Assembly (NCBI GenBank): GCA_963710375.1
Contig: CAVPZX010000004.1
Coordinates: 1 to 64,000 of the forward strand
Source: Nitrospirota bacterium
GTDB taxonomy: Bacteria; Nitrospirota; Thermodesulfovibrionia; Thermodesulfovibrionales; Dissulfurispiraceae
Direction of reading: 5' to 3'
Length of the DNA: 64,000 bases
Shown: positions 1 to 9,925 of the stretch, piece by piece
Numbering within the stretch: position 1 is the first letter of the stretch
Layout of the letters: every line of letters begins with the position of its first letter
The notes under the pieces: model-generated
The model's input: only the letters and a program-made list of their open reading frames with translations
Databases searched by the model: none
What the model was told of the DNA's origin: nothing
Program-made: the position numbers and the translations under genes

Positions 1-1080
1 GCCCGCAACACCACCGACTGACCCTCCATGCGGCCCACCATGTAAAACGGCAGGCGCGGTTTACCTCTTAGCGCCATCTCAAGGAGGTTGTCCTGGATGC
101 CCTGCTCGATGGTCTTTCTAAGCTCGCTTTGTATCTCAAAATACCGGTCCGCAGGACACAGGCCGCCGATCCCCTGATGGGGCCTTTTGTGGTTATAATA
201 TTTCACCCACTGCCGTATCCGCTCTACTGCATCCTCAAAGCTCCCGAACTGGGCCCGGCTTAGGAACTCCACAAAGATCGTTTTCCAGAACCGCTCGATT
301 TTGCCTAACGTCATAGGATGGTGAGGCCGTGATTTGATGTGATGGATTTTGTCTTTCTTCAACTCCAGACTCAAAACGGCTGTTGCCGCGCCAGCTCGTG
401 TACTGCCTCCCATTGTCCGTGAGCATCTCTTTAGGTGGGTTGTACTCGGAGGCCGCCCGGCGATACACTTCAATTACATTCTGTGCTGTCTGGCTCCTAA
501 AAAGCTCCAACCCCGTTATATAACGGGAATAATCGTCGATAAAGCCGATCAGAAACGCATATCGGCCCCCAAGGCGAAACGTAAAGATGTCCGTCTGCCA
601 AAGCTGGTTCGGGGTTGAGCGCTCGAAAAACCGGGGGCGGGTGATATTGCGCTGCCGCTTCTTGGGTGGGGCAGTCATTAGAGATTCGGAGTGCAGAGTC
701 TTACGAACCGTCTCAGGGCTGGCGGTAAGAAAAAACGCTCTCTTTAGAAGTTGCGAAATGCGCTTAATACCGAACAGTGGGTTGGCTTCTTTGAGTTCGA
801 CAATCTTCTGCTTCACAGGAGAGGGAAGTCCGCGCCCATTGCCATTGCGTCTTATTGCAAGGCCAGCCTCACCTTCACTACGATATGCGCGCACCCAGCG
901 TCTTACCGAATTAATGCTAATCCCGCATTCCTGCCGGATCACCTCAATAGGGACGCTCTCCTCAAGGAACTTCTTGACTACTTGAAGCTTAAAGTCGGCT
1001 CCGTAACGCCTGCTTCTGGCTGGAACCTTCTTCTTTGCACTGCCTCTTTGTAAACTCTTAACTTGTTCCATCAATGACAC
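1..1080 (-). CDS. DDE transposase (HTH + integrase core), +1 frameshift near 365-366, 3'-partial
   Basis: Motifs PNQLWQTD, IDDYSRY and LTDNGRQY. Removing one base at 365-366 continues into ELKKDKIHHIKSRPHHPMTLGKIERFWKT...YYNHKRPHQGI, open to the window edge. Confidence 0.85.
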
Positions 1081-1137
1081 TCCTTTCGTTTTCCTAAACT
1101 TGGAGTGTCACCCTATTTCCTCAAATCCTTGGTATCA
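1..1137 (-). mobile_element. IS481/IS3-superfamily-like insertion sequence, running off the left window edge
   Basis: Carries an HTH + rve transposase. Candidate outer end reads TGATACCAAGGATTTGAGGAAATAGGGTGACAC on the minus strand from 1137 (alternative end at 1123). The other end is outside the window. Confidence 0.7.
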
Positions 1138-1723
1138 TAAACTGGTCGTTAGCACAATTAAAGAAGCAGACCGGTTTGTCAAGGCGCTGGACCGTTTCGA
1201 TCAGGCTCTGGAGTCAGTGAGGCAGGGATTGACTCCGAGAGCGGCAGAACTGAAGATGCTCCTTCAAACCTCTTTCCCTGTGTCAGAAGACTCTTTTTCT
1301 GGTGCGGCAAATTTTTCGCTAAAGGTTTTGGGTAAAAGGACGGCTAAATCCAAAAGCGACACACCTGCAACATACCGGTCCAAAGTATTTAAAAAGATTG
1401 TGGAGTCCGACAAAATTGAAGAGGCCCTTCATATTCTCAGAATGCCGCCTAAGAAATCGGTACTCAACTTGAGCTCTGATGATGAGTTGGCGCTGCTTGA
1501 GCAGGTGCGTACACTGGGAGGCCTGGATGAGGAACAAATGGAGTTTGAAGTCACACGTCTGGTCAAACATAAAAAAGAATTATTCAAGCTTGCAGATGCG
1601 GCAAAAATAAAATATAGACCTACGGCCAGGCCGGAAACAGTTGCAAAGAAGCTTGTCCAGGCAGGTCGCCGTTATTATGAAAACACGGGGGGATGGGATC
1701 TGTTTCAAAAACAAAGGTCATGA
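1100..1723 (+). CDS. Hypothetical protein, probably the 3' remnant of a gene interrupted by the IS
   Basis: Frame is open from inside the IS end with no convincing start or RBS; no recognisable motif. Confidence 0.45.
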   Translation: MECHPISSNPWYHKLVVSTIKEADRFVKALDRFDQALESVRQGLTPRAAELKMLLQTSFPVSEDSFSGAANFSLKVLGKRTAKSKSDTPATYRSKVFKKIVESDKIEEALHILRMPPKKSVLNLSSDDELALLEQVRTLGGLDEEQMEFEVTRLVKHKKELFKLADAAKIKYRPTARPETVAKKLVQAGRRYYENTGGWDLFQKQRS

Positions 1724-1838
1724 CGGGCAGAAATGGGACGAAAGGAGAAGAAATAGTCACTGGAATTTTCTAATTGCCAGTAGCACAGTGACAGGGATAG
1801 GTCCAATATGATAAATATCTGTTTAGGGTGGATGACAT

Positions 1839-3122
1839 TTAACGGTATTTCAATCCGTCGGCGGGCACATTGAGCCTCATGGCCTTTCCCTGGAAAAAAC
1901 GCGGCAGTGTCAGTGTTCCGTGTCGCACAGTAATAACAATCCTGCTTGCAGTCGATCCATTATCTGTATTGTCACGGACGACTACATCTCCCTTGTCAAC
2001 GGTTATACTAAGGCTCTTAAGCCCTGCTTTTCTTAAATCTATGTGCACAGTATTGACAAGTTCTGAAAAAAGGCCCTTTTGTGTAAGGTCGAAAAACACG
2101 GTCGGGACGTTCTTTATAACAGTCTCCCGCATGACGTGATAAATTTTATTCGTCGGGAACCCGAAGCCCTGGGCACTCCCTGAAACATCCATCGCAGTGG
2201 GAGCGTCATTTTTAAGACTAAGATCGAGATCACACGTGGAACAATGTATATCAGCCGCGTATGGGCCGGTATTGGGATATTGTTCGCTCGTCCGCTGTCG
2301 AATCTCTTCATAGACCGGCGTGGCCAGAAAAAGGGCTCCAAGCACCAGGATAATCAATATTGTGCCTGTACAGGCCACTATTATCTTCTTCATCCGGCTG
2401 ACATTTTGGGGAATCTCGTTCAGGCAGAGTTCTCTGCGGGGAATATCCAAAATAAAATAGTACAGCACAAGGGGCACCAGGAAAGGAATGAAAGCCGCCC
2501 ATAAAACATCGGACGGGAAATGGCCTCCGAACGCCATTCTTGAAAATCCTATCAGGCTGCCGTAGATCAAGCCGAACAAGAGAAATAAAAAAGCAAGCTT
2601 TCTGCGTTTATTCTTGAAAATGAAATAAAAGGCGAAAAAGAAATAGCCCATAGAGCAGTGCCCGCACGGGAATGATTTTCCCCTGCCGCTCTCTCCTTTT
2701 TCAAACAGCTTCTGATACTCCCACCTTCCTCCGAACTCCCGGGTCTCACTGGGACGCGGCTTTCCCCAGTGGACTTTAAGCACTGAGTTGATAATAAAAC
2801 CAGGACCTATCAGAAGTGCAAGAATAAGAAAGATACTGTAGATACGGTACCTAACAAGTGCGCTTTTGAAATAACTCATAACCAGGAGCATCAATGCGCC
2901 GATAACTGAAACCGCAGCAGGCCAGGAGCCGTAGTTATAAAGAAGACGCAGGAAGATATTGTTTTGCAGAAACCATTTCGAATCGGGACATTGCCGGCAG
3001 TAAAAATGGCCCTCAAGCGCAATGTCTGCGTTTGTATTGCGAAACATTATTGTGGTGACTATCATTAAAACCGCCACAATCAGCAACTCCGGAAGCCACT
3101 GCCTGCGTCTGGTATCATTCAT
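1839..3122 (-). CDS. PAP2-family membrane phosphatase with a C-terminal extracytoplasmic domain
   Basis: PAP2 motifs KVHWGKPRP, SFPCGH and SRMAFGGHFPSD; several TM helices; soluble beta-rich tail. Confidence 0.85.
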   Translation of the reverse strand: MNDTRRRQWLPELLIVAVLMIVTTIMFRNTNADIALEGHFYCRQCPDSKWFLQNNIFLRLLYNYGSWPAAVSVIGALMLLVMSYFKSALVRYRIYSIFLILALLIGPGFIINSVLKVHWGKPRPSETREFGGRWEYQKLFEKGESGRGKSFPCGHCSMGYFFFAFYFIFKNKRRKLAFLFLLFGLIYGSLIGFSRMAFGGHFPSDVLWAAFIPFLVPLVLYYFILDIPRRELCLNEIPQNVSRMKKIIVACTGTILIILVLGALFLATPVYEEIRQRTSEQYPNTGPYAADIHCSTCDLDLSLKNDAPTAMDVSGSAQGFGFPTNKIYHVMRETVIKNVPTVFFDLTQKGLFSELVNTVHIDLRKAGLKSLSITVDKGDVVVRDNTDNGSTASRIVITVRHGTLTLPRFFQGKAMRLNVPADGLKYR

Positions 3123-3313
3123 ATCACATCCATTTTATTATTCAGATTTTTAAAAGTTGTTAGATTGATAGTCAATAAATTACCATAAAAAAAGCTCTTT
3201 ACGCCATCAGCTATGTCTCAATAATAAATAAATGAAAATTTACTGTAGCCGTTTTTTCTGCTAAAATTAGCTCAACGACTCTGATCAAAGAATCTGAGGA
3301 AAGGAGATTAACA

Positions 3314-3889
3314 ATGGAACCAAAAAAGGGAATAAAAAGCTTGGTCTTTATTGTATTTGTGGTTATGGGAATATTTGCAGTCAACGTCGCCGCAGCCGGT
3401 CAATTGTCGCTTAGCAGCCCTCAGCTTCAACCGGGTGGCCGCCTCAGCGATGCACAGGTATTTTCGGGCTTCGGATGCACCGGGAAAAACATTTCCCCTG
3501 CATTGGTCTGGAAAGATGCACCCATGGGCGCGAAGAGCTTCGCCGTCACCGTATATGACCCCGATGCCCCAACAGGCAGCGGATGGTGGCACTGGATCAT
3601 TTTCAATATTCCTGCGAATATCGATAGGTTACCTGAGAATGCTGGTGATCCTGCATCCGGTTTGGCCCCGAAGGGGAGTATTCAAAGCCGGACCGATTTT
3701 GGAAAGACAGGATACGGCGGCGCCTGTCCGCCTGTTCGTGACAAACCGCACCGCTACCAGTTCACAGTTTTTGCCCTTGATGCCGAAAGAATAGATCTGG
3801 ATGCAAATGCATCAGGTGCCCTGGTTGGTTATTATCTTAACCAGCACGCAATTGCAAAGGCAACTTTGATGGTCTACTATTCCAGGTAG
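3314..3889 (+). CDS. YbhB/YbcL (PEBP, Raf-kinase-inhibitor-like) periplasmic protein
   Basis: Signal peptide; DPDAPTGSGWWHW and GYGGACPP...PHRYQFTVFAL. Confidence 0.92.
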   Translation: MEPKKGIKSLVFIVFVVMGIFAVNVAAAGQLSLSSPQLQPGGRLSDAQVFSGFGCTGKNISPALVWKDAPMGAKSFAVTVYDPDAPTGSGWWHWIIFNIPANIDRLPENAGDPASGLAPKGSIQSRTDFGKTGYGGACPPVRDKPHRYQFTVFALDAERIDLDANASGALVGYYLNQHAIAKATLMVYYSR

Positions 3890-3912
3890 AGACAATAAAA
3901 ATAGGCACTGTC

Positions 3913-3946
3913 GGGACGTTGTTTCTTACATTAGAAGCAACGTCCC
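3913..3946. terminator. Hairpin between convergent genes, probable bidirectional terminator
   Basis: gggacgttgtttct / agaagcaacgtccc inverted repeat followed by a T-rich tract. Confidence 0.6.
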
Positions 3947-3962
3947 AATTTTTGATCCTGTT

Positions 3963-4505
3963 TTATAGGATTTCCGCTGAAGAGATGACCTTAACCCCCG
4001 CTTTTCCCATCTCTCCAAACGCATTGTCAACGTCCCCTTCTTTCAGCTTCACGCCTTCCACCGCGTCCTTTACTACATGGGTGATGAACCCCCTTTTTTG
4101 TGCATCGATCGCAGATTCCTTTACGCAGTATTCTGTAACGAGACCTACAACGTAAAGGGCATCCACTCCCCTGTCCCTGAGAAATTTTTCAAGGTCAATA
4201 TCGATGCCCTCAAACACGGAATACCCTTCGTCTACATTCATTGTCCCCTTAAGGACAATTTGGTCTATCCTGTCCTTCCTTAGATCAGGATGCAGCTCAG
4301 CCCCTTTTGTGCCCTGAATGCAATGCTTAGGCCATTTGTCAAAGTGGATAGTATTTTCAGGGTGCCAATCCTTTGAAGCAACAATCAAAGTGAAAATATC
4401 CATCAATTTATTGATAGCAGGGACAACCTTGTCTCCCTCAGGAGCGGGCAGTGCCCCGCCCGGGCAAAAATCATTCTGAACATCAACTATCAAAAGCGCT
4501 TTCAT
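3963..4505 (-). CDS. pncA: Nicotinamidase
   Basis: DVQNDFCPGGAL, DWHP, WPKHC and EYCV motifs; adjacent to pncB. Start moved to MKALL, which has an RBS. Confidence 0.93.
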   Translation of the reverse strand: MKALLIVDVQNDFCPGGALPAPEGDKVVPAINKLMDIFTLIVASKDWHPENTIHFDKWPKHCIQGTKGAELHPDLRKDRIDQIVLKGTMNVDEGYSVFEGIDIDLEKFLRDRGVDALYVVGLVTEYCVKESAIDAQKRGFITHVVKDAVEGVKLKEGDVDNAFGEMGKAGVKVISSAEIL

Positions 4506-4509
4506 GACC

Positions 4510-5937
4510 TCATTCTCCTTTTTTGTACTTCGCCCTGATCTCATCTACAATTCCGGAACGCAGGTCCATGAGCTTCCTGGTTATTCCGACCTTATAGATA
4601 TGCGGGTTCTCAAAGCGTTTGTGCTCATCAGGCAATTGCCCCATCCTTGCACGGACATGCTTTGCTATTTCAGTCGGTTTTTTCTTGTCCATGACTATTC
4701 TGCCTTTGTCCATTACCTTCCGGAAAAGTCCCTCCTTTTTGTATTGACCTACCATACAGTTCATCCCAGGGTCGTGAGGATGGTAAATGGTCTCTATATT
4801 GCCTTCGCCCGAAAGCGCGACACAATCCGCGTAAAACATCCCTTTGTCATCTATGCACCTTAATACATCCTTGGTCCCAGGCAGGATTATCTTTTCAGGG
4901 TTTTCGGATATCTTCAACCTTGGCCTGGAGCCGCTCATGGTCAGTTTATAAACTCCGTCGAGCGCTGCATCATCCTGGCCCGTTATAAGCTTTGTGCCCA
5001 CGCCGAAAGCGTCAACAGGGGCGCCCTGATCAAGCAGGCTCTTGATAAGGTATTCATCCAGTTGATTGGAAGCCATTATCTTAACGTAATTGAGCCCCGC
5101 ATCATCAAGCATCTTCCTTGCCTTTTTGCTCAGATAAGCAAGGTCGCCGCTGTCCAGGCGGATTCCGGACAATTTCTCTCCACGAGCCTCCATTTCCCTG
5201 GCAACTGTTACGGCATTCGGTATCCCTGACTTCAGGGTATCATACGTATCAACAAGGAAAACGCATCTTTGAGGGAAAGACTTCGCAAAATCCCTGAACG
5301 CGGCCAATTCGTCGTCATACGACTGTATCCACGAATGCGCCTGTGTTCCCGCAGACACAAGATCGAACATAAATGCACTGTAAACATTGGACGTGCTGTT
5401 TACGCCGCCTATCACAGCGGCCCTGGTCCCATGTATACCTCCCAGGCCTTGCGCCCTTCTAAGGCCAAAGTCAATCACAACCCTGTCGCCAGCGGCATGC
5501 CTGATACGCGCCGCCTTGGTGGCTATAAGTGATTCAAAATTCAGCATATTCAAAAGTATTGTTTCGATGATCTGTGTCTCTATGATGTTCCCCTCAACCC
5601 TTACAACAGGCTCATAAGGGAATACAACTTCCCCTTCTTCAGGGGCATAGATATCGGCCCTGAACTCGAAACGTTTAAGATACTCGACAAACTCTGCTGC
5701 AAAGCCGATAGACCTCAGATAATTGCAGTCTTCTTCGTCAAAACTGAGGGTTTCAAGGACCTCCAGCAGGTCCATCAAACCCGCGAAGATGACATATCCG
5801 CCCTTAAAGGGATTTTTCCTGAAAAGATAGTCGAAGCATGCAGGGGTATTTTTTTTGTTGTTCAAAAAATAACCCTGGGCCATTGTGAGTTCGTAATGGT
5901 CCGTGTAAAGGCCCATGTGTTTGTTCAATATCGCCAC
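4510..5937 (-). CDS. pncB: Nicotinate phosphoribosyltransferase
   Basis: TDHYELTM, DFGLRRAQG, GTQAHSW, LVDTYD and IRLDSGD. Confidence 0.95.
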   Translation of the reverse strand: MAILNKHMGLYTDHYELTMAQGYFLNNKKNTPACFDYLFRKNPFKGGYVIFAGLMDLLEVLETLSFDEEDCNYLRSIGFAAEFVEYLKRFEFRADIYAPEEGEVVFPYEPVVRVEGNIIETQIIETILLNMLNFESLIATKAARIRHAAGDRVVIDFGLRRAQGLGGIHGTRAAVIGGVNSTSNVYSAFMFDLVSAGTQAHSWIQSYDDELAAFRDFAKSFPQRCVFLVDTYDTLKSGIPNAVTVAREMEARGEKLSGIRLDSGDLAYLSKKARKMLDDAGLNYVKIMASNQLDEYLIKSLLDQGAPVDAFGVGTKLITGQDDAALDGVYKLTMSGSRPRLKISENPEKIILPGTKDVLRCIDDKGMFYADCVALSGEGNIETIYHPHDPGMNCMVGQYKKEGLFRKVMDKGRIVMDKKKPTEIAKHVRARMGQLPDEHKRFENPHIYKVGITRKLMDLRSGIVDEIRAKYKKGE

Positions 5938-6043
5938 CTGTCACGCCCCCATTCCGGAAAGCTGTTATCCTTACTTTAGTATATCACCTATCATTGTGGA
6001 ACCGGATTGTCAATCGTCAAGTGGTTCTGGTATCATTTGAATC

Positions 6044-6454
6044 ATGGGCAGAAAAGTTGTATGCGCGGGGACGTTTGACCATTTTCATCCGGGGCATATA
6101 GACTTTCTCAGGCAAGCCAAAACATTGGGCGAAGTCTTGACGGTTATAGTTGCCAGGGATGAGACCGTAAAAAGGATTAAAGGCTTCCTGCCTACCAATA
6201 GTGAGCAAGTGAGAAAACGGAATGTCGAGGAATCCGGCATCCCTGAACTTGTTATTTTAGGCAATCTCGATACCGACCTCTTCCAGATTCTTCAAGAACT
6301 CAAACCGGATGTAATAGCACTCGGCTATGACCAGCGGGTATCCGAGGAAGAAATAGCAAAAAGATTTCCTCTCTGCACTATAGTTAGGCTCTTGTCGTTT
6401 GAACCGGATCATTACAAATCATCGTTTTACCGGCAAAAGACTGGAAAGGACTGA
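6044..6454 (+). CDS. Cytidylyltransferase-fold nucleotidyltransferase, RibL-like FAD synthase
   Basis: GTFDHFHPGH (HxGH), IVARD and PDVIALGYDQ. Confidence 0.75.
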   Translation: MGRKVVCAGTFDHFHPGHIDFLRQAKTLGEVLTVIVARDETVKRIKGFLPTNSEQVRKRNVEESGIPELVILGNLDTDLFQILQELKPDVIALGYDQRVSEEEIAKRFPLCTIVRLLSFEPDHYKSSFYRQKTGKD

Positions 6455-6476
6455 GGGCTCGCGAATAAATAATAAT

Positions 6477-6498
6477 GGGGACTCCTGACGGAGTCCCC
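6477..6498. terminator. Hairpin terminator between convergent genes
   Basis: Perfect 9-bp stem ggggactcc-tgac-ggagtcccc; T-rich tail on the minus strand downstream of atpE. Confidence 0.7.
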
Positions 6499-6517
6499 GG
6501 TCTTAAAAAGGGTGATA

Positions 6518-6865
6518 TTAAATTTTCAGAGGATTAACAAAGAGAATAATAAGCACGACAACAAGCGCATAAATAGCGAGAGACTCGATCATGGCAAGAC
6601 CGATAATTAAGGTTGTGGTAATCTTGCCCGATGCTCCGGGGTTCCTTGCAACACCTTCGGTCGCACCCTGTAAACCGATACCCTGACCAATGCCTGTTCC
6701 GAGAGCAGCAAGTCCGATAGCAAGGCCAAGGCCAACCACTATCATGCTTCTGCCGGAATGTGAACCCTCGGCTGCAGGAGCCGCCTCATCAGCCAGAGCA
6801 AGGGGGGCAAAAAACGCAAGCAAAATAAGCGCTACAAGCCCAAAAGAAATCAGCTTCCTCATCAT
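6518..6865 (-). CDS. atpE: ATP synthase F0 subunit c with N-terminal extension
   Basis: GTGIGQG, ARNP and MIESLAIY. Confidence 0.95.
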   Translation of the reverse strand: MMRKLISFGLVALILLAFFAPLALADEAAPAAEGSHSGRSMIVVGLGLAIGLAALGTGIGQGIGLQGATEGVARNPGASGKITTTLIIGLAMIESLAIYALVVVLIILFVNPLKI

Positions 6866-6892
6866 AGACTTTCCTCCTTTCTATTAAGATTG

Positions 6893-7573
6893 TTAATGTG
6901 CACTTTCGACCGCACCGGCCAAATATAAACAGGTAAGGAGCATAAACACATATGTCTGTATCACACAGACAATTACTCCGAGACCGAGAATAGCAACAGG
7001 AACCACTGCCGGAACCAGAATACCGAGAATCACGAGAATCATGTGCTTTGCTATCATGTTGCCGAAAAGCCTGACAGATAGCGTTATCGGACGCACAAAA
7101 TGGCCTATGACTTCAATGAAGAACATGAGTATCATGAGCGGCAATGCAGCAAGGGACCTTATCGGCCCCAGAAAATGATTTATATATTTAAACCCGTTTA
7201 CTTTTATCCCGTAATAATGCGTGGCAAGAAACACCGGAATCGCCATCGAGGCTGTCATATTAATGTTGGCTGTTGGTGATTCAAAGCCGGGAATAAGGCC
7301 CATAAAATTACTAAGACCGATGTAAAAGAGGAGCGTGCCGACAAGCGGATAAAACTTCTCGCCCCAGTGGTGGCCGATTATGGAATTCGAAAGGTTAAGA
7401 GAGAATTCCGAAAGAGTTTCCATCACATTCTGCAGACCTGACGGGACCAGACTGAGTTTATTTCTTAAGATCAATGCAATACCGATGATAATGATCATCG
7501 CCAGCCATGAATACGAAACATAAGGGGGGATAGAGGGGAATAACATTTCTAAAAAAGCTGGTGATTCTGCCAT
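6893..7573 (-). CDS. atpB: ATP synthase F0 subunit a
   Basis: RPITLSVRLFGNM and IQTYVFMLL. Confidence 0.95.
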   Translation of the reverse strand: MAESPAFLEMLFPSIPPYVSYSWLAMIIIIGIALILRNKLSLVPSGLQNVMETLSEFSLNLSNSIIGHHWGEKFYPLVGTLLFYIGLSNFMGLIPGFESPTANINMTASMAIPVFLATHYYGIKVNGFKYINHFLGPIRSLAALPLMILMFFIEVIGHFVRPITLSVRLFGNMIAKHMILVILGILVPAVVPVAILGLGVIVCVIQTYVFMLLTCLYLAGAVESAH

Positions 7574-7657
7574 AAACGGCCTCCTTACTTAACTTATGAA
7601 TTAATGGAAACCAATACGCAACAGACTGGCGCCTGATTTACGCCAAACGTGACAACT

Positions 7658-7687
7658 ATGATAAATTTAAGTCTATTTAAATGTCAA
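7658..7687 (-). promoter_or_regulatory. Putative sigma70 promoter of atpBE
   Basis: Minus-strand TTGACA-18 bp-TATCAT. Confidence 0.5.
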
Positions 7688-7734
7688 GGATTGAAGCAGT
7701 TAAGTTTTTTAATTCTTATATAAACTTTTATAAT

Positions 7735-8604
7735 TCACTGCCCTGACGATAGCAAAACCATAGAACCTCTCGATACTCCAATCTCTCTGGATACCACATC
7801 ACACTTTGCCTGCAGGAGAAAGATAATTTCTTTACGGCACTTATTGCTTTTGTCCTGGCAGCAGAGGGTCTCGAAATTGCCCTGACCTTTGCTGACTATA
7901 AAATCGGCATCATCGAACATCCGGTTAAAATCCGGGGAGGTCATTTCCAGGATAGTACCGATACAGTCGCACCCGTTATCCACAATCTCACACAGTTCAG
8001 TCAGTCCGGTTTCTGCAGCGTCATAGGCTGTCGAGTCGTTCAGCACCGGAGCGCCCTTCACAACTGCCTTCACTTTTTTCCCCATCTTGACCAGCACCTC
8101 GATAAGGAGCCTGTCAAAGACTATCTCTCCTGCGTTATCAAGCAGGTAAAAGACGCGAGAGTGGCTGTCAACCGCACTCTTAAACTGGCTGTAATGGTCA
8201 ATGCTAATGGCGCCGCTCAGGGCACGTTCAACGGTTCCGATAACGTCAACAGAACTGAATATCCCGAAATCAATAATATTGCCGGCTATGGCAAGCCGTG
8301 AAGCGGTCCAAAGGGGGTCATTGCTTTGAAACACCCGAGCCCTGAGTTCCGGATATAGATGCATCGCTGCCTGGTTGTATTCGGATTTTATGTCCTTGAA
8401 AGGGTCTATACCGAGGAGCTGCCGTATCTTCCGGTGCATAAAGGTTGTGGAATATGCAGGCGGTTTGGACATGTCCGTTGCCTTGATTTCATCAGTAACG
8501 CCTTTCAGTACAGCTGCCTGCAGTGCTTCGTCTTTTGTGCCGAGCCTGACCGCAATTACCGCTTGTTTGAAAAAACAGGGGAAGCAATCGAGATGAACTT
8601 TCAT
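7735..8604 (-). CDS. DUF89/ARMT1-like damage-control phosphatase
   Basis: N-terminal CxxC, AGNIIDFG, DNAGEIVFD and SKGQGNFETL. Confidence 0.9.
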   Translation of the reverse strand: MKVHLDCFPCFFKQAVIAVRLGTKDEALQAAVLKGVTDEIKATDMSKPPAYSTTFMHRKIRQLLGIDPFKDIKSEYNQAAMHLYPELRARVFQSNDPLWTASRLAIAGNIIDFGIFSSVDVIGTVERALSGAISIDHYSQFKSAVDSHSRVFYLLDNAGEIVFDRLLIEVLVKMGKKVKAVVKGAPVLNDSTAYDAAETGLTELCEIVDNGCDCIGTILEMTSPDFNRMFDDADFIVSKGQGNFETLCCQDKSNKCRKEIIFLLQAKCDVVSREIGVSRGSMVLLSSGQ

Positions 8605-8623
8605 GTGTTGTTATGTCTCTTTC

Positions 8624-9895
8624 TCATCTATTTAGCGCGCGGTCAGCAATATCTTTTCTGTAGTGCATGCCATCAAACTGTATCTCCCCAACTGCTTTAT
8701 ACGCCTGCTCCTTTGCAGTCTTTATGTCTTTGCCGGTGGCCGTAACTCCCAGCACCCTGCCGCCGCTGGTGACAATCCCGCTGTCATTGAATTCGGTGCC
8801 CGCATGAAACACGAACACATTATCCACACTCTTCGCTTTTTCGAGTCCGGTTATCACCTTGCCCTTCTCATATTTTCCCGGATACCCTCCTGAGGCGAGG
8901 ACGACACAGACCGCCGCATCTTTTTTCCATTCGACTTTTATATCTGAAAGCCGTTCATCCGCGATTGCAAGGGCAATATCCACAAAGTCGGTATCGAGCC
9001 TCGCAAAAACCGGCTGTGTCTCAGGGTCGCCCAGCCGGCAGTTGAATTCGAGCACAGAGGGTTTGCCATCCTTTATCATCAGGCCGGCATAGAGCACGCC
9101 CTTGTATTTAATTCCCTCTTCCTTGAGCCCGTTGATTGTCGGCCACATGATCTTCTCAATTACCAGGGATTCCAGTTCTTCGTTGATTACCGGCGCCGGG
9201 CTGTAAGCACCCATCCCCCCGGTGTTGGGACCCTTATCATGATCAAAAACCTGTTTATGGTCCTGAGAGCTTACCATAGGTACGATAGTACTGCCGTCAG
9301 TAAACACCATAAATGACGCCTCCTCCCCCTGTAAGCATTCCTCGACAATTACCCGGTTGCCCGCATCACCGAACTCTTTTTCTTTCATGATGCGCTTTAG
9401 TGCAACCACAGCCTCATCAGTGGTGGCGGCAACAATAACGCCCTTGCCTGCGGCAAGACCGTCAGCTTTTATTACAATAGGGCTGCCCTTCATTCTGACG
9501 TAGTCTTCGGCATGAAGATACGATGTAAACACTTTGTATTCTGCGGTGGGGATACGGTGCCTTCTCATAAATTCCTTTGAAAAGACCTTGCTTGCTTCGA
9601 GTTGGGCAGCAGCCTTCGCAGGAGCGAGTATCTTCCTCCCTCCTCTCACAAAGGCATCCGCAATTCCCATGGAGAGCGGCACCTCAGGTCCGACAATGGT
9701 AAGGTCTATCCATTCGTATCTTACGAAGTTGATCAATTCATCAAAATCCCCTATGCTGATATCGATACACTCTGCTGTTTCCGCAATCCCGGCGTTCCCT
9801 GGTGCACAATAAATCTTGTCCACGTGTCTTGATTGAGCAAGCTTCCATACTATCGCATGTTCCCTGCCTCCGCCTCCTATAACCAGCACCTTCAT
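8624..9895 (-). CDS. purD: Phosphoribosylamine--glycine ligase
   Basis: GGGGREHA, KADGLAAGKG, GPNTGGMGAYSP and EFNCRLGDPETQ. Confidence 0.97.
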   Translation of the reverse strand: MKVLVIGGGGREHAIVWKLAQSRHVDKIYCAPGNAGIAETAECIDISIGDFDELINFVRYEWIDLTIVGPEVPLSMGIADAFVRGGRKILAPAKAAAQLEASKVFSKEFMRRHRIPTAEYKVFTSYLHAEDYVRMKGSPIVIKADGLAAGKGVIVAATTDEAVVALKRIMKEKEFGDAGNRVIVEECLQGEEASFMVFTDGSTIVPMVSSQDHKQVFDHDKGPNTGGMGAYSPAPVINEELESLVIEKIMWPTINGLKEEGIKYKGVLYAGLMIKDGKPSVLEFNCRLGDPETQPVFARLDTDFVDIALAIADERLSDIKVEWKKDAAVCVVLASGGYPGKYEKGKVITGLEKAKSVDNVFVFHAGTEFNDSGIVTSGGRVLGVTATGKDIKTAKEQAYKAVGEIQFDGMHYRKDIADRALNR

Positions 9896-9925
9896 ATTTT
9901 TACTCCTTTAGCGCTAAAACGCTTT

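Noticed and set aside
5938..6043. NrtR/NadR operator upstream of pncB
   Set aside because: No convincing palindrome was found.
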